Source: an uncultured cyanobacterium (GTDB taxonomy: Bacteria; Cyanobacteriota; Cyanobacteriia; Cyanobacteriales; Nostocaceae). Taken from it: a stretch of DNA of 64,000 nt. A program made the translations under genes and the position numbers. Position 1 is the stretch's first letter; each line of letters begins with the position of its first letter. Positions 63,401 to 64,000 of this stretch are shown one piece after another. Below the pieces are notes generated by a model. It saw nothing but the letters and a program-made list of their open reading frames with translations, was not told where the DNA came from and did no database searches. The stretch covers positions 1,472,001 to 1,536,000 of the forward strand of contig CAVUDP010000001.1 in NCBI GenBank assembly GCA_963740315.1, given 5' to 3'.

Positions 63401-64000
63401 AGCTATATTGATTCATCATCCCAGGGACGTTGGTTGGTAGCAGAAGGTAAAAAATTAGGAATGCTCTCACCCTCGGATGCTCAAATGAGTGTAGGGGCGA
63501 TCGCCAAAGCGACAATAACCAGTGAAGCAAGTACGGGGGTAACTATTACTACACCTAAAGGCAATTCAATCGAGGTAAATAAGTTAAAATCAGGAGCTTT
63601 CGCTGATGTGGATTGGAACAAACAGAGTTATCAAGCTACTGTTACTATTTCCGTTAAACCTAGTAAAAATTCTCAGAAACCAGATATCGGAATTGCAATG
63701 ATTAAAGATAGGAAGTTGGGAGAATTAAAACCCGAATCATTCGAGAAACTTGCAGCAGTATTGAATGCTCATAATATTCCGGTACAGGGTTACACCATCA
63801 AAGCTAATATTACTGCTTCTCCACCTTCAGCAGCAAAAGTGGTAATTGATGCGAGTACGGTAAAGTATCCAGAATCGTGGAATCAAACTCAACAAAGTGA
63901 ATCTTCCCAAGATAGATTTCTCTTAGCGCAGCAAATTCAAGCTAATCGTACATTAGAAGTTGCACCGATTATTCATGCTTTTCTTTCTACTCAGGGTAAA
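60500..64000 (+). CDS. Single-subunit two-barrel RNA polymerase of the RdRP-like / YonO-like family; at least 1167 aa, runs off the window; absent from the ORF track
   Basis: Manual translation shows no stop from ATG 60500 to 64000. The upstream AGCAGAGGTTTA is identical to that before 58701. Motifs in RdRP order: GDGDGRI (aa138-144), PSTQFQVR (156-163), IKGTL (178-182), LVLSQSQLGK, LKDWEVC, VLYHRPP (R410), NSDCDGDK (D450-D454, nt 61847-61861), DNIGIVAN, IAAAMW...VFAIF. Confidence 0.85.
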   Translation, partial: MSIALEYFCTKTGKPIEVDGKPLIETLENTAAEYLYGNDVKWSIGIVYPGISTEDDLTKHQDKYLQFSKKDRLYFSDKPGLRLQIFDEPHFGSAYGSLLFGECEYFSEVKDIKVLIVDDETGECDGVLPEEQALLLVGDGDGRIDHKLHEQLGNIPSTQFQVRGIIKSQEGINANQTIKGTLAPINLSNIGSGYDLVLSQSQLGKGRKNKLYNEKTGIRINRQTEVEPGEYTLTIGIGNRENARTVEASTGAQYWVGLPEGAENDALPRVQQRLAQLDRIAKDPRKVALDYIQTVERRLESDLKRETGTKLIHDFDLDDFGNVIDEAFGDKDTELMYQLLKADLEGHLQIIETPKVINFLSEHLQEQYRDCATGRVIKFQSSMLMTCNRLKDWEVCDRTKPDGAKVLYHRPPVGNTNVMAVLTNRLLEGEEVNPGSIKLNRRTATALNSDCDGDKPLTALAEDFPSTAQEIQFKTQPENRYPESVLPQKAAYCGSFEKIALEAAHDNIGIVANLAMKAIAIESECSQIPANEQRTFLANLSANLARCDFDNLPQEAEHLRELLNDFSEYSRRLNVENQSSNNSFQDYLIPLQEPELNNTITPEQVSEELAKVRQLFHNLSGVIDQQLKIEGQSGKSALRSDPEVIKLCTELCAYPQVYALEDRNEKWAYLDKPIRSNLHTALDLLVQETNQHFEINALTPRPLSQFRDLFKDIDFNSSQLEIAATYKQQYEGLIRAAHDIKQQVEINRHQPNLRMVAKSKKGNQIEIRLNQKDTKHLQAYSLDKMQISLLKDNNNYKAFAVVPGETTINKRRQVVPAKKQLGLLTEASVIENKDTFQTLHHQNKNNWIELGKLDININPALNTSHEKAAFKLAYEYASKTRENIPDKERLTIAAAMWNLSTKRVKEEYDINKRAGAVFAIFGEEIKEQLHQLQFTEFTVVGTHRDTSEHKGKVWKGEKVPIQIELAPSYIDSSSQGRWLVAEGKKLGMLSPSDAQMSVGAIAKATITSEASTGVTITTPKGNSIEVNKLKSGAFADVDWNKQSYQATVTISVKPSKNSQKPDIGIAMIKDRKLGELKPESFEKLAAVLNAHNIPVQGYTIKANITASPPSAAKVVIDASTVKYPESWNQTQQSESSQDRFLLAQQIQANRTLEVAPIIHAFLSTQGK

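Larger units (their letters stand above)
24616..64000. mobile_element. Integrative conjugative element at tRNA-Cys (right end outside the window)
   Basis: Integrase immediately 3' of the tRNA, followed by excisionase, rep/DnaB, T4SS with VirB4 and VirD4, MobV relaxase and ParM; no core genes after 24.6 kb. Confidence 0.9.

Noticed and set aside
60500..64000. rpoC1 fragment or reverse transcriptase
   Set aside because: The motif is NSDCDGD, not NADFDGD; both barrel motif sets are in one chain; there are no rpoB/rpoC neighbours and no RT-type YxDD context.

Overview
Cyanobacterial chromosome, probably a heterocyst-forming Nostocales strain (inferred from GCGATCGC HIP1 sites, heptamer tandem repeats and gene content). 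Positions 1 to ~24.5 kb are mostly core genes: CPP1-like protein, OmpR regulator, DUF2811, MFS, hisIE, chaB, hemL, Ser/Thr kinase, FHA protein, recA, CobO-like protein, dcd, thyX, aroA, moaA, cpcT and cpdA. This part also holds features missing from the ORF track: a metallothionein gene with an SmtB-type operator, an internally deleted IS200/IS605 (tnpB) element, an 11-bp-phased DnaA-box cluster and an adenylate-kinase relic. From tRNA-Cys(GCA) at 24544 to the window end lies an integrative conjugative element of more than 39 kb. It carries a XisA/XisC-like tyrosine integrase and excisionase, an XRE switch, a replication initiator with internal palindromic iterons plus DnaB and a ParB-like gene, a cyanobacterial T4SS with VirB4/VirD4, an ASCH-Dam fusion containing a hairpin array, a MobV relaxase and a parMR(C) system. 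The most striking gene is absent from the ORF track: an ORF from 60500 to beyond 64000 (at least 1167 codons, translated by hand). It has the ordered motifs of single-subunit two-barrel RNA polymerases (eukaryotic RdRP / phage YonO type, catalytic DCDGD). Six element genes carry single-base frameshifts; none was seen in the flanking core genes.
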